Shown here piece by piece: positions 8,626-19,786 of a DNA stretch of 64,000 bases; positions within the stretch are counted from its first letter, which is position 1, and the number at the start of each line of letters is the position of its first letter. The notes under the pieces were generated by a model. The model worked only from the letters and a program-made list of their open reading frames with translations, was not told the DNA's origin and searched no databases. The DNA is from an uncultured bacterium (lineage in GTDB: Bacteria > Poribacteria > WGA-4E > WGA-3G): positions 16,963 through 80,962 of the forward strand of contig CAZQIP010000206.1 of the NCBI GenBank assembly GCA_964593655.1. The letters run 5' to 3'. Both the position numbers and the translations under genes were made by a program.

Positions 8626-11199
8626 ATGAAAAGGACGCAATTTCAAAAGGTTTTGACAAGGCTTCTCCAAATTATTTCATACCGTACGCGCTTTCTTGCT
8701 AAAACTCAGATAAAAAGATTAACTTTACTGCTCTTTGTGGTTTCAACCTTTTTGCAACCGAATGCTTTTGCCCAAAGTTATACACAATGGGATTTACCTG
8801 ACGGGGCTAAGGCACGTCTCGGTAAGGGATCTGCAGGCGGTTTAAAGTTTTCCGCTGATGGAAATCGCCTGATGGTCGAGAACGCTATCGGGATTTGGGT
8901 CTACGATGCCCACAGCGGTGTAGCACTGGATTTAATCACAAGAAATTTATCAGACAGTCTCGCTTTGAGTCCGGATGGTAGTACTGTTGCCGGTTGGGGA
9001 CCAGACGACAAGGTATGCCTGTGGCACGTAGCCGATAGCCAGAACAAATTAACACTTCAAGGTGATACCTCGAAAGTTCGGAGAATAACTTTCAGCCTGG
9101 ATAGTCGTACGGTTGCTGGCGGGACTTCGGACGATAAGGTAATACTATGGGATGTTGCCTCTGGCGCGCGCAAAGCAACACTCATTGGACACACACACGT
9201 AATCACTTCAGTAGCCTTTAGTCCGGATGGTAGCACGCTCGCGAGCGGTAGTTGGGACGAGACAGTGCGTTTATGGGATGTTGCGACCGGGGTGCGCAAA
9301 ACAACCCTCACAACACATACCGAAGGCATCTCTAATATTGCTTTCAGTCCGGATGGCCGCACTTTTGCGAGTTCAAGTTTCAACGAAGATAAAGTGATAC
9401 TATGGGATGTCGGGACTTGGCAGCAAAAAGCAGCTCTTAATACGGATATCAATTGTTTCGCTTTCAGTCCTGACAGCAGCACGCTTGCGACCGGAAGTTG
9501 GAGAGGCGAATTACACTTATGGGATGTCGCCAGTGGGACGCACAAAGCGGAATTCTTGGGGCATTTGTCAGGTATCTTTTCCGTTGCCTTCAGTCCAGAT
9601 GGCAAAACACTTGCCAGTGGTGGTGTGGACAAACTGTATCTATGGGACATTGATAGTGGTACGCGTAAATTATCGATTACCGGCCATACAGATGGTATTT
9701 ATTCAATTGCCTTCAGCCCAGATAGCAAAACGCTTGCAAGCGGGAGTTCTGAACAAATCCGTCTGTGGGATATCGCCGCAAGTACACACGAAGCGACGCT
9801 GTTTGTAGGAGACTGGGCAACTAATGCCGGTTTGGCCTTCAGTCCAGATGGCAATACGCTCGCAAGTGAGAGTGGTTTCCAAATCCATCTGTGGAACGTT
9901 AAGAATAGAACACACAGCGCAACCATCAGAAGATATGGGGAAACAACAAGCGGTTATGTCAGATACAGATCAATTGCTTTCAGTCGTGATGGCAGATTTC
10001 TTGCTCGTAGCGCGAGTAACAGCGTGCAGCTATGGTATGCGGGACGGACATATAAAAAGACACTTACTGGCCATACAAATAATGTCACTTCAATCGCCTT
10101 CAGTTACGATAGTCGAACCCTTGCAAGTGGTGGTGTAGACAACACAGTGCAGCTGTGGGATGTTGATACCGATACCCACAAAGCAACCTTCGCGGGACAT
10201 ACAGATATCGTTGTGAGTGTTGCGTTTAGTCCGGATGGTAGCCTCCTTGCGAGTGGTAGCGACGACAATACCATAATTCTATGGAGTATGGACACCGGGG
10301 AACCGAGAACTACCATCGTGGCACATACGAACGGTGTCAACGATGTGGCGTTCAGTCCAGATGGCAAAACCCTCGCGAGCTGTGGATATCGGGATGATAC
10401 CACTGTAAAACTGTGGGATGTTGAGACAGGTACGCTTAAAACTACTTTCTTTGGACACACGTATGGTATTACTGAAATTGCGTTTAGTCCGGATGGTCAG
10501 ACCCTTGCGAGCGGTGGTTTGGACGGTATAGTGCTTCTGTGGGATATGAATCCAGACGCAGTTGCTGAGATTGAAATCCCACGACTTGCAGAGGATGCAA
10601 ATGATGATGGTGTGGTAGACCTCCAGGATTTGGTTTTCGTTGCCTCGCAATTCGGGCAGTCTGGTGGAGAAAACGCTGCGGATATCAACGGGGACGGTGT
10701 TGTTGACATAGCAGATATCTTGTTGGTCGCTGGTGCCTTTGAGACCGGCAATGGTGCGCCATCTGCGTATTCTCGATCAATAGGATCGCTCACGGCTGGA
10801 GAAGTGGAGCAGTGGTTAATGCAAGCACAAGAAGTTAATGACAAGGGACCTGTCTTCCAAAGAGGTATTGCCGTGCTTCAAAGACTCTTGGATGTGCTAA
10901 CTCCGAAAGAGACGGTGCTTCTACCCAACTACCCGAACCCATTCAATCCAGAGACGTGGATCCCCTATCAGTTAGCAGAGTCAGCAGATGTGACACTCCG
11001 CGTCTATGCTGCGAGTGGTGAATTGGTACGGACACTGGCATTAGGGTATCAATCCGCGGGTATTTATCAAAGTCGTAGTCAAGCGGTGTATTGGGATGGT
11101 AAAAATGAACTCGGTGAACCTGTCGCAAGTGGTATGTATTTCTACACGTTATCTACTGGAAGGTTCACAGCAACACGGCGGATGGTCATACGGAAGTAA
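8626..11199 (+). CDS. Secreted WD40-repeat protein with dockerin-like Ca-binding repeats and T9SS/FlgD-Ig-like C-terminal domain
   Basis: AGGAGGG RBS before ATG 8626. Signal LTLLLFVVSTFLQPNAFAQ. More than 12 units of xAFSPDGxTLASGSxDxTVxLWDV. DANDDGVVDLQDL...DINGDGVVDIADIL. C-terminus LLPNYPNPFNPETWIPYQL...VYWDGKNELGEPVASGMYFY. Confidence 0.85.
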   Translation: MKRTQFQKVLTRLLQIISYRTRFLAKTQIKRLTLLLFVVSTFLQPNAFAQSYTQWDLPDGAKARLGKGSAGGLKFSADGNRLMVENAIGIWVYDAHSGVALDLITRNLSDSLALSPDGSTVAGWGPDDKVCLWHVADSQNKLTLQGDTSKVRRITFSLDSRTVAGGTSDDKVILWDVASGARKATLIGHTHVITSVAFSPDGSTLASGSWDETVRLWDVATGVRKTTLTTHTEGISNIAFSPDGRTFASSSFNEDKVILWDVGTWQQKAALNTDINCFAFSPDSSTLATGSWRGELHLWDVASGTHKAEFLGHLSGIFSVAFSPDGKTLASGGVDKLYLWDIDSGTRKLSITGHTDGIYSIAFSPDSKTLASGSSEQIRLWDIAASTHEATLFVGDWATNAGLAFSPDGNTLASESGFQIHLWNVKNRTHSATIRRYGETTSGYVRYRSIAFSRDGRFLARSASNSVQLWYAGRTYKKTLTGHTNNVTSIAFSYDSRTLASGGVDNTVQLWDVDTDTHKATFAGHTDIVVSVAFSPDGSLLASGSDDNTIILWSMDTGEPRTTIVAHTNGVNDVAFSPDGKTLASCGYRDDTTVKLWDVETGTLKTTFFGHTYGITEIAFSPDGQTLASGGLDGIVLLWDMNPDAVAEIEIPRLAEDANDDGVVDLQDLVFVASQFGQSGGENAADINGDGVVDIADILLVAGAFETGNGAPSAYSRSIGSLTAGEVEQWLMQAQEVNDKGPVFQRGIAVLQRLLDVLTPKETVLLPNYPNPFNPETWIPYQLAESADVTLRVYAASGELVRTLALGYQSAGIYQSRSQAVYWDGKNELGEPVASGMYFYTLSTGRFTATRRMVIRK

Positions 11200-11210
11200 A
11201 CGAGTACGTA

Positions 11211-11302
11211 GTTTTCAGTACGGTTTTCTGCGAAAACCTTTCAGTTGTCAGTTAAAGAGACGTTTGATTAGCCAACACATCTCTTTAACTGACAACTGTT
11301 AA
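11211..11302. repeat. Intergenic palindromic element, family A
   Basis: GTTTTCAGTACGGTTTTCTGCGAAAACCTTTCAG followed by a perfect 18-bp inverted repeat CAGTTGTCAGTTAAAGAG (11242-11259) / CTCTTTAACTGACAACTG (11281-11298). Confidence 0.8.
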
Positions 11303-11330
11303 CCCACAACCAATAAAGGAGACTCAACCC

Positions 11331-13862
11331 ATGAAAACGATGCGACTTCCGATTCTAATATTACTTCTCACTTCAACCTTTTTCCGACTGAGTGTTTTTG
11401 CTCAGGATTACACACAATGGGGTTTACCTGAGGGTGCCAGGGTAAGACTCGGAAAAGGCGGATTACGGGGCAATATAGTCTTTTCACCGGACAGTACCTT
11501 GCTCGCTGTTTCGACTGCTATTGGAATTTGGATTTACGATGGACACACGGGTAAAGAACTGAAGTTCCTTACAACACGGACGGGCGGCATCTCAAGTGTA
11601 GCTTTCAGTCCGGATAGCAAAACGCTTGTCAGCAGTAGTTCAAAGGAGTTTTACCTGTGGGACGTTGCCACAGGCGAACACAAAGCCACTTTCACAGGAC
11701 ACACAGCCGACATTACGAGTGTCGCGTTCAGTCCTGATGGGAAAACGCTCGCAACCGGCGGAGATGAGAAAGAAGGATTGGTCAAGTTTTGGGATGTTGA
11801 TACGGGTACCCTTGAAATGACCCTTATAGGGCATACGGACAATATCTTAAGTGTCGCGTTCAGTCCCGATGGAAAAACACTCGCAAGTGGTGGGCATTGG
11901 AAAGACAAGACAGTGCGGCTCTGGGATGTTGCTACCGGTACGCTCAAATCGACACTCAGCGGACATTTAGACGGTGTTACGGGCATTGCGTTTAGCCCTG
12001 ACGGTCACACACTTGCGAGTTGTAGTCATTGGTGGGGCGGCACGGTGTGGCTCTGGGATGTCGACAGCGGTGAACTGAAAATGACCCTGACCGGACATGT
12101 AGATAGTGTTCATAGTGTCGCATTCAGTCCGGATGGTAGCGTGCTTGCAAGTGGGAGCAAAGATGGCACAGTGTGTTTATGGGACGTTGCCACTGCTGCC
12201 TACAAGACGACGCTCTCGACACATACCCGAAGTGTATCAAGTGTCGCGTTTAGTCCGGATGGTAGCACCTTCGCCAGTAGTAGTCGAGACGGTACAGTGC
12301 GGTTGTGGGATGCCACGAATTTTGAGCAGAGAGCGACAATCACTGGACATACGACAGGTTTCTCAAGTATAGCGTTCAGCCCGGATGGACGAACGCTTGT
12401 GAGTGGTAGTTGGGACCGAGCAGTCCGCCTATGGGATACAACTACTGGTCATAACAAAACCACACTTACTGGACACATAGGTCCCATTAAATCCGTTGAC
12501 TTCAGTCCGGATGGCCGAACGGTTGCCAGTAGCGGTGGCATAACTGTCATCAACGGCTGGTTCGTAGATGATTACACGGTAAGGTTGTGGGATGCAGCTA
12601 CAGGCACACATAAAATGACCCTCATTGGACATAAAGCCAATATTTATGATGTCGCGTTTAGTCCCGATGGCCGCATGCTTGCCAGTAGTGGAGGGAGAGA
12701 TGACGAAAGTGTGTGTCTGTGGGATACCGACACAGGTAATCACTTGGCGACGCTGGCGGGTCATAAAGATGGTGTCCTCAGTGTCGCGTTCAGTCCCGAT
12801 GGAAAAACACTCGCAAGCGGGAGTTCGGCCGGAATACATCTGTGGGATATTCCGAGTAGACAACAAAAAACCCTACTCACTGAGTATAGAGGGACAATTT
12901 GGACGCTCGCGTTTAGTCCCGATGGAAAAACACTCGCAAGTGGTGGTATGGACCGAGATGTACATTTATGGGATGTTGCGGCTGGCGAGCATAAGATCGC
13001 TCTCATAGGACATACAGACAGAATTACCAGTGTCGCGTTCAGTCCCGATGGAAAAACAATCGCAAGTAGTGGAGATTGGCGAGACAGAACGGTGCGCCTA
13101 TGGGATCCCATCAGTGGGGAGCACAAATCGACTTTCATAGGATATGCCAGTGGCAGTGAGAGTATCGCTTTCAGTCCTGATGGCGCCACACTCGCCGTTG
13201 CTGGCTTTGGTGGGGTAATACTCCTCTGGCGACTTGGAACCACAGCGGAATTACCACTACCGCTGTTAGAAGCAGATGTGAACGGTGATGGCGTTGAAGA
13301 TATTCAGGATTTGGTGCTTGTCGCAGCAAACTTCGGGCAAACGGGGCCAAACGCTGCAGATGTCAATAATGACGGTGTTGTTGACGCTGCCGATCTTATC
13401 AAAGTAGCTGCTGCGTTGGATAATGCGGCAGCTGCGCCATCCGCTATGATACTTAACGTAAAAAATGTGCAACAGTGGCTTACGCAAGCGCAGCAATTAG
13501 ATTTGAGGGATGCAACGTTACAGAGAGGTATTCACTTCCTCGAACAACTGCTGCGAACGTTAGCACCAACAGCAACGGTATTGTTGCCTAACTACCCGAA
13601 CCCATTCAACCCAGAGACATGGATCCCGTATCAGTTGGCGAAGGCTGCGCATGTGGCGTTGCGTATCTATTCCGCAGATGGAAAATTGGTTCGTACGCTG
13701 GCGTTAGGACATCAGTCTGCGGGTATTTATCAACACCGGAATCGTGCGGCGTATTGGGATGGGAAAAATGAACTCGGTGAACCTGTCGCCAGTGGTGTCT
13801 ATTTTTATACCTTGGTGGCGGGAGAGTTCACTGCTACGCGAAAAATGCTAATACGGAAATAG
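11331..13862 (+). CDS. Secreted WD40-repeat protein, tandem paralog of 8626..11199 (dockerin-like repeats + T9SS/FlgD-Ig-like CTD)
   Basis: Signal MKTMRLPILILLLTSTFFRLSVFAQ. Same N-terminal DYTQWGLPEGARVRLGKG box, WD40 units, DVNGDGVEDIQDL...DVNNDGVVDAADLI, and C-terminus LLPNYPNPFNPETWIPYQL...AYWDGKNELGEPVASGVYFY. Confidence 0.85.
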   Translation: MKTMRLPILILLLTSTFFRLSVFAQDYTQWGLPEGARVRLGKGGLRGNIVFSPDSTLLAVSTAIGIWIYDGHTGKELKFLTTRTGGISSVAFSPDSKTLVSSSSKEFYLWDVATGEHKATFTGHTADITSVAFSPDGKTLATGGDEKEGLVKFWDVDTGTLEMTLIGHTDNILSVAFSPDGKTLASGGHWKDKTVRLWDVATGTLKSTLSGHLDGVTGIAFSPDGHTLASCSHWWGGTVWLWDVDSGELKMTLTGHVDSVHSVAFSPDGSVLASGSKDGTVCLWDVATAAYKTTLSTHTRSVSSVAFSPDGSTFASSSRDGTVRLWDATNFEQRATITGHTTGFSSIAFSPDGRTLVSGSWDRAVRLWDTTTGHNKTTLTGHIGPIKSVDFSPDGRTVASSGGITVINGWFVDDYTVRLWDAATGTHKMTLIGHKANIYDVAFSPDGRMLASSGGRDDESVCLWDTDTGNHLATLAGHKDGVLSVAFSPDGKTLASGSSAGIHLWDIPSRQQKTLLTEYRGTIWTLAFSPDGKTLASGGMDRDVHLWDVAAGEHKIALIGHTDRITSVAFSPDGKTIASSGDWRDRTVRLWDPISGEHKSTFIGYASGSESIAFSPDGATLAVAGFGGVILLWRLGTTAELPLPLLEADVNGDGVEDIQDLVLVAANFGQTGPNAADVNNDGVVDAADLIKVAAALDNAAAAPSAMILNVKNVQQWLTQAQQLDLRDATLQRGIHFLEQLLRTLAPTATVLLPNYPNPFNPETWIPYQLAKAAHVALRIYSADGKLVRTLALGHQSAGIYQHRNRAAYWDGKNELGEPVASGVYFYTLVAGEFTATRKMLIRK

Positions 13863-13869
13863 GAAACCA

Positions 13870-15174
<1,305 letters not shown>

Positions 15175-15176
15175 AT

Positions 15177-17729
15177 TTAATGGATAATTTTTGCGTTGAG
15201 GACGGGACTATCCTGTACAAAAGGTTTGCCGTTGATTGTCGCTGCCCCTCGGAATTTGAACTGATATGTCTTATCTTCTAAGGAACCGAGAGCTATTAGT
15301 GGCACCTTGACCTCGGTTTCATTCACTGGGATCGTAACAGCTTCCGTAGTGAACCCGTCTGGTAAATCAATCGGTGTCAGCGTAACTTCATCCGTAAAAC
15401 CGCCTTGCCGGACGATTGTCAGCGTAAGTATTGCCTCCTTTGTCGCTGGCGGATCGGTTCCCCCCCCAAGAGAAGACTCGGTATCTGCATTTGGGTTTGC
15501 CGCAATCGCCACGGTGTCCCCTTGTGGAACTGCGGTTGCGTCTGCATTTGCAGCGACCGTTGTGGGGAAGACGATGCTAAAGCGCAAAGGCTCCACTGTC
15601 ACAATGAAAGGTGCTTCAAGAATCGTCAGCGGAATAGCCGGTGTTGACTGACTTACCGTCTCCGTATCAACCTTCGCCGTGCCAAAAACGGAGATATAGT
15701 TGATGCCCGGTACAGGCACGACAGAAAACTGTTCCCTTCGCTCAAAACTTCCTGCTTTTACTGAGAGAACTGCCTCATTTTTACCCTCGGCAATATTAAC
15801 AGCTGCTGCAGTTACTCGGGGTGGCAAACCTACCACTGAGAGTGTGATAGGACCTGTGAAGTCGTCGCGCCGATTCGCTGTTACGTGGAGGTTGACAGCT
15901 TTGTTATGTGTGACGCTTGCACTAATCTCGGCGAGTGTCAGCGTGTATTCCGGTGCCTCCATGACCGTTAGCAGCATTGGAGAAGGTATAGCGGTGCGTT
16001 CTATCTGACGACTGCCAACCGCACTGACACCGGCGACGGAAAACGGCATCAACCCAAGCGGTGCGTCCCAGGGGGCAGTTACCGTGAGTAGAGCTTTGTT
16101 TTGGCCGGTCTCAACGACAGCGGGACTGACCTCAAAGGTTTTCGGCAGGGTAGGGCAGTGTAGGCGGATGGGTCCCCTGAGTCTATCAAGGCGGTTAACG
16201 TTAACCTGCATTGTGAAGGTCCCGCCCCTGCTGACCCGCGGGCTATCTAAACCGGATGGCCGGTTCTGGCTGTCAAGTACGACTGCACTGAGCGTGAAGT
16301 CTGGTTCCAAGGGTTGGATGTTTAAACGGTATGAATAAGCATCGCCGCCTTGGTTGTTCAGATCTCGAATCGCGACAGAATACTTTCCCGCTTCCGTGAA
16401 ATTCCACTCAATGCGCGCGTCGGAGCCGCTGGCATCGTCGTTCACCATCAAGACCTGTTCTTTCTCTACACTCTTGGCTTCCATATCTGTTGCAGCTTCC
16501 ATCTGTTTTTCTGCACCGTAGAGAGTGAGAAGCGCATCAAGCTGCGATGACAATCTCAGTGCCTCCACCTCAAAAACAAGGAGTTGAGGTGCTTTTATCT
16601 CAAATGCGAACCGATCAACATCACCGGATTTGTCAATTTTTCCGTTGATCGTTATCGGTGCGTTCACGGCATTTGCTTTTTCAGCCGCATTGTTGGGTTC
16701 ACTTTCTCCCATTTCTGCCAAACTTCCGATGGAGAAAGGGTGCGGATTACTTGTCAACCCAGAAGCAGTCTTTACCCTCAGCGTCTGTTCACCGGTCGGC
16801 GTTTCAGCATTTATTGAAACCTGTATAGCGTTCACTGTTTCAAGATTTGCGCCGGTGACAGCGATCGTATTATCCGTTCCGCGTTGCCCGCCAAGAGGAA
16901 AAATTGTCTCAAGATAGGGTAATTCACCGATACTCAGCCGATAACGAAATCCGTTTCCACCTTTGTAGCGGATATCTCGGATATGGAGTGTATATTTACC
17001 TGTCTCAAGGACGGTATAATTTAGGAGAGAATCTAATCCGTTCCCCTGTCCACTATTCGCGACCTCAGCCCCAGTAGCGTCTTGGAGGATGAGATATGAA
17101 TCCAGAGGGGATCCTATCCGTTGCGCTGTTACTTCACAGATGAGTTTCGCATCTTTGTTCAGGTTAAAACTGAAACTGTCTTGATCATCAATTGATGTGA
17201 TCTCACCGTTCACAGTGACAGGCAACTCCAGATAGTTTGACTTTTCAGTATCTTCGATTGCTTCATCTTCTTTCACCTCTGGCAGGTTACCGACAACGAA
17301 GTTTTGTGCGTTGGAAACACCATAAGGCGTAACAATACGCATCCGTTGGATGCCCAATGGGGCATCAGGGTCAATCGTTAGAGAGGCAACCAGCTGCATG
17401 TCGGTAGGCACACGCCCTGAGACACCAGCACCGTTAAAGAGAACAGCTGCTTGCTGTGTTTCCTGTCTAATCTCTGCGGTGATGCCGGTTCCACTGAACC
17501 AGACCGCCGTTGCCGTGTCAAGATTTTGACCTTTGAGCGTAATTTCTACGTTCTGTCCCTGTTGCGCGCCTTGCGGGGAGACAGTCGATAGTGCTGGCAC
17601 AACCTGCGCGTGTGCGAAACCAATCGTTAGGAGAAAGATCGCTATAACGAGAAAGGACTGTTTTCTTAAGAGATAACAGAGCGGGGCATTAACCTGTCTT
17701 CTGGGTTTCCGAAATAGCGTATTAGGCAT
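15177..17729 (-). CDS. Large secreted protein with IPT/TIG-like and bacterial pre-peptidase C-terminal (PPC) domains
   Basis: 850 aa. Signal FLVIAIFLLTIGFAHAQ. Two PPC-like boxes (E..E.SNYLELPVTVNGEITSIDDQDSFSF and EPNNAAEKANAVNAPITINGKIDKSGDVDRFAFE). Adjacent to DUF1501 and DUF1549/1553 genes. Confidence 0.7.
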   Translation of the reverse strand: MPNTLFRKPRRQVNAPLCYLLRKQSFLVIAIFLLTIGFAHAQVVPALSTVSPQGAQQGQNVEITLKGQNLDTATAVWFSGTGITAEIRQETQQAAVLFNGAGVSGRVPTDMQLVASLTIDPDAPLGIQRMRIVTPYGVSNAQNFVVGNLPEVKEDEAIEDTEKSNYLELPVTVNGEITSIDDQDSFSFNLNKDAKLICEVTAQRIGSPLDSYLILQDATGAEVANSGQGNGLDSLLNYTVLETGKYTLHIRDIRYKGGNGFRYRLSIGELPYLETIFPLGGQRGTDNTIAVTGANLETVNAIQVSINAETPTGEQTLRVKTASGLTSNPHPFSIGSLAEMGESEPNNAAEKANAVNAPITINGKIDKSGDVDRFAFEIKAPQLLVFEVEALRLSSQLDALLTLYGAEKQMEAATDMEAKSVEKEQVLMVNDDASGSDARIEWNFTEAGKYSVAIRDLNNQGGDAYSYRLNIQPLEPDFTLSAVVLDSQNRPSGLDSPRVSRGGTFTMQVNVNRLDRLRGPIRLHCPTLPKTFEVSPAVVETGQNKALLTVTAPWDAPLGLMPFSVAGVSAVGSRQIERTAIPSPMLLTVMEAPEYTLTLAEISASVTHNKAVNLHVTANRRDDFTGPITLSVVGLPPRVTAAAVNIAEGKNEAVLSVKAGSFERREQFSVVPVPGINYISVFGTAKVDTETVSQSTPAIPLTILEAPFIVTVEPLRFSIVFPTTVAANADATAVPQGDTVAIAANPNADTESSLGGGTDPPATKEAILTLTIVRQGGFTDEVTLTPIDLPDGFTTEAVTIPVNETEVKVPLIALGSLEDKTYQFKFRGAATINGKPFVQDSPVLNAKIIH

Positions 17730-17941
17730 TTTTAATTACCTCATGTTTGAACGTTTTTCGTCTTTTAAACTATTAACTTTCGGGACTGCTCCATTACATT
17801 CCTTGCCTCTTCCCAGGTAACGGACGGGGACCCTCCGGTTTTCGTCTCAGGCAAGTGCCACTACTCCACACCTAAAGCAGGTTCTCAACTGAGATAGAGA
17901 CCGTTGTGGAACGAAGTGGAACAACGCCGAGATTTCCATAG

Positions 17942-19570
17942 TTAGAAAACAGACATTTTGACGCTGAAAGCGTTACGGCTCCCTTTCACACTGTATGGAC
18001 TCCCGGTAATACACAACCGAAATAGCTTGCCTTGGTCAAAAAGGTATGTGATTTTTCCCGTTTTTTCGGGACCAACATGCCACTTTGTGGCGAGGGCACC
18101 GAGAGCTTCCACATAAGCATCGCCGTGTTGACGCTCCCAGACAGAGGCAGGTACGCCTTCAGGGGCTTTTTCTGTTGGGAGGTTTTTGTCACCATCAAAC
18201 AGGTAGAAAGTTCCTTCCGCCTTACCTCTCCCAACTCCGATATCCAGTGTAAGGGTGCCGCCGTCTTCAAACACCGTGGTATCAATCTCTACGACGGTGT
18301 AGTTTTGATGCGGTACCATAGGAGTCTGAAAAGTGTCCATTACCTCCACTGAGGAGCACACAGGGGTCAGGACAATTCTACCCAAACCAGGGCGTTTTCC
18401 TTCTAAGGCTCCCGATAAAAATAGACGGTACCCTTCCGCCTGGGAGTGCCCCTTATCTATGCAATCTCCGAAGAACCTATTGGCATCTTGCCTACCCATC
18501 ACTTCAAGTTCAGGCGAGATAACCAAACAATCTACCGGCGCGTTTAGATGCCATCCGTCTATGACAGCTTGTGCCAACGGATGTGTTGTGTCAACCCCCT
18601 TGAAACCGTGCTGGATTCTCTGGGCAAGATAGGTACGTTTGTTTGGCGTGCGCCCGAAGGCAACATTGGACACCCATGTGTTGATAAAGTGTTCGTTCAA
18701 GAATTTTATATTTTGTTCGTCGGAAAGAGCACCTGACCTCAGGGCTTTACCACTCCCTCAGCAAGTTTCATCTGCCAAAGGTCCATCTATGGAAATGGCG
18801 TGAATCGGTTTCTGCTGTGCTTGTGCTAATTCCAACGCCGCCTCCATCGGTACCCAATCAATTTGTTCCGATTTGTAAAACTGACAGTTTAGCAGACGCT
18901 CGGCTTCCTCCTGCGTGATGGCAGTAGAACCGCTCATTGCACTTTCCAAGTGGGTTGTGATGTCTTGCAAAACGGCTTCGGCACCAGTACGGAGTTCCAT
19001 TTGTGCACAGAAACCGGTATCCATAATCCAGTTGGAGTCATCCCAACTCTTTTCGTCCTGCCAGCCAACCTCAAAGTTCACGGGACCTTCTGGAACGCGC
19101 ATCTGAAAGAACGAGACTGTCTCTTCTGGACGGTTGATAATGAGATGTCCGGCAAACTGTGAAGGCGTGAACCAGCCATCACCTAACTTGAATTCTACGT
19201 GAATGCGAAACACAATGTCCGCGAATTCATCAGTGTAGGCACGTAAACAAGCCCACAACCCGGGATCCCCGTAACCGCGCATATCCAAATGCGGGTTTGG
19301 GTGAAGTTGCCTCAGTAGTTCAAGGACCCTTGTTTGTTCAATCTGCCAGGGAGTTCCAACAGACACCGCTTCGTCTGGTAAAAACGCGCGAAAAATGGAT
19401 GCGGAATACTCTTTTTCTGGCGCAGCGACTCGGAGATTCGCTAACTCGTTCCACTCATACTCCACGTGGTAGTTAGCTAAGGTATATTCAATCGGAGCGA
19501 TGAAACCTTTGATGGGAATTTTGGTATCACCATCAATATTAAGCGCGATTTTGTTGGGGGTCGGTTTCAT
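17942..19570 (-). CDS. Candidate selenoprotein: 542-aa protein with thioredoxin-fold domain, TGA (18758-18760) read as Sec in motif C-U-G-S-G
   Basis: Track ORFs 18758..19570 and 17942..18700 are in the same frame, separated only by TGA plus 19 open codons. The joined sequence is ...QQKPIHAISIDGPLADETC-U-GSGKALRSGALSDEQNIKFLNEHFINTWV... If the TGA is a true stop, these are two hypothetical genes. Confidence 0.5.
18728..18748 (-). promoter_or_regulatory. SECIS-like hairpin candidate downstream of UGA 18760-18758
   Basis: mRNA AGC-CCUG-[AGGU]-CAGG-(U)-GCU: 7 bp with one bulged U, apical loop AGGU about 20 nt after the UGA. Confidence 0.35.
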
Positions 19571-19786
19571 ATCTTCCTCAGGACTTTAGAATCTCTTGAG
19601 CAATCTGTGCTTGGAAAAAAATCTATTAGATAGGGACGGATGTGGAAATCCATCCCTACAGAAAGAACTAAACTCGTCCTGGTTCGCAGAAAGCCCTGGT
19701 CTCTTGACCATTAACTCGCCTCTGACACAATCGACAAAGGCACAAATTGATGGTCAACACGGAAAGACCAGTGCTATGGTCCATAG

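Noticed and set aside
9057-10460. Long antisense ORFs (for example 9057..9650, 10104..10460, and 11651..11986 and 12761..13243 in the next gene) opposite the WD40 genes
   Set aside because: They mirror the repeat periodicity of the sense-strand WD40 units (recurring LASVLPSGLKA-type peptides), lack start context and carry no recognisable domains. They are shadow ORFs of a repetitive gene.
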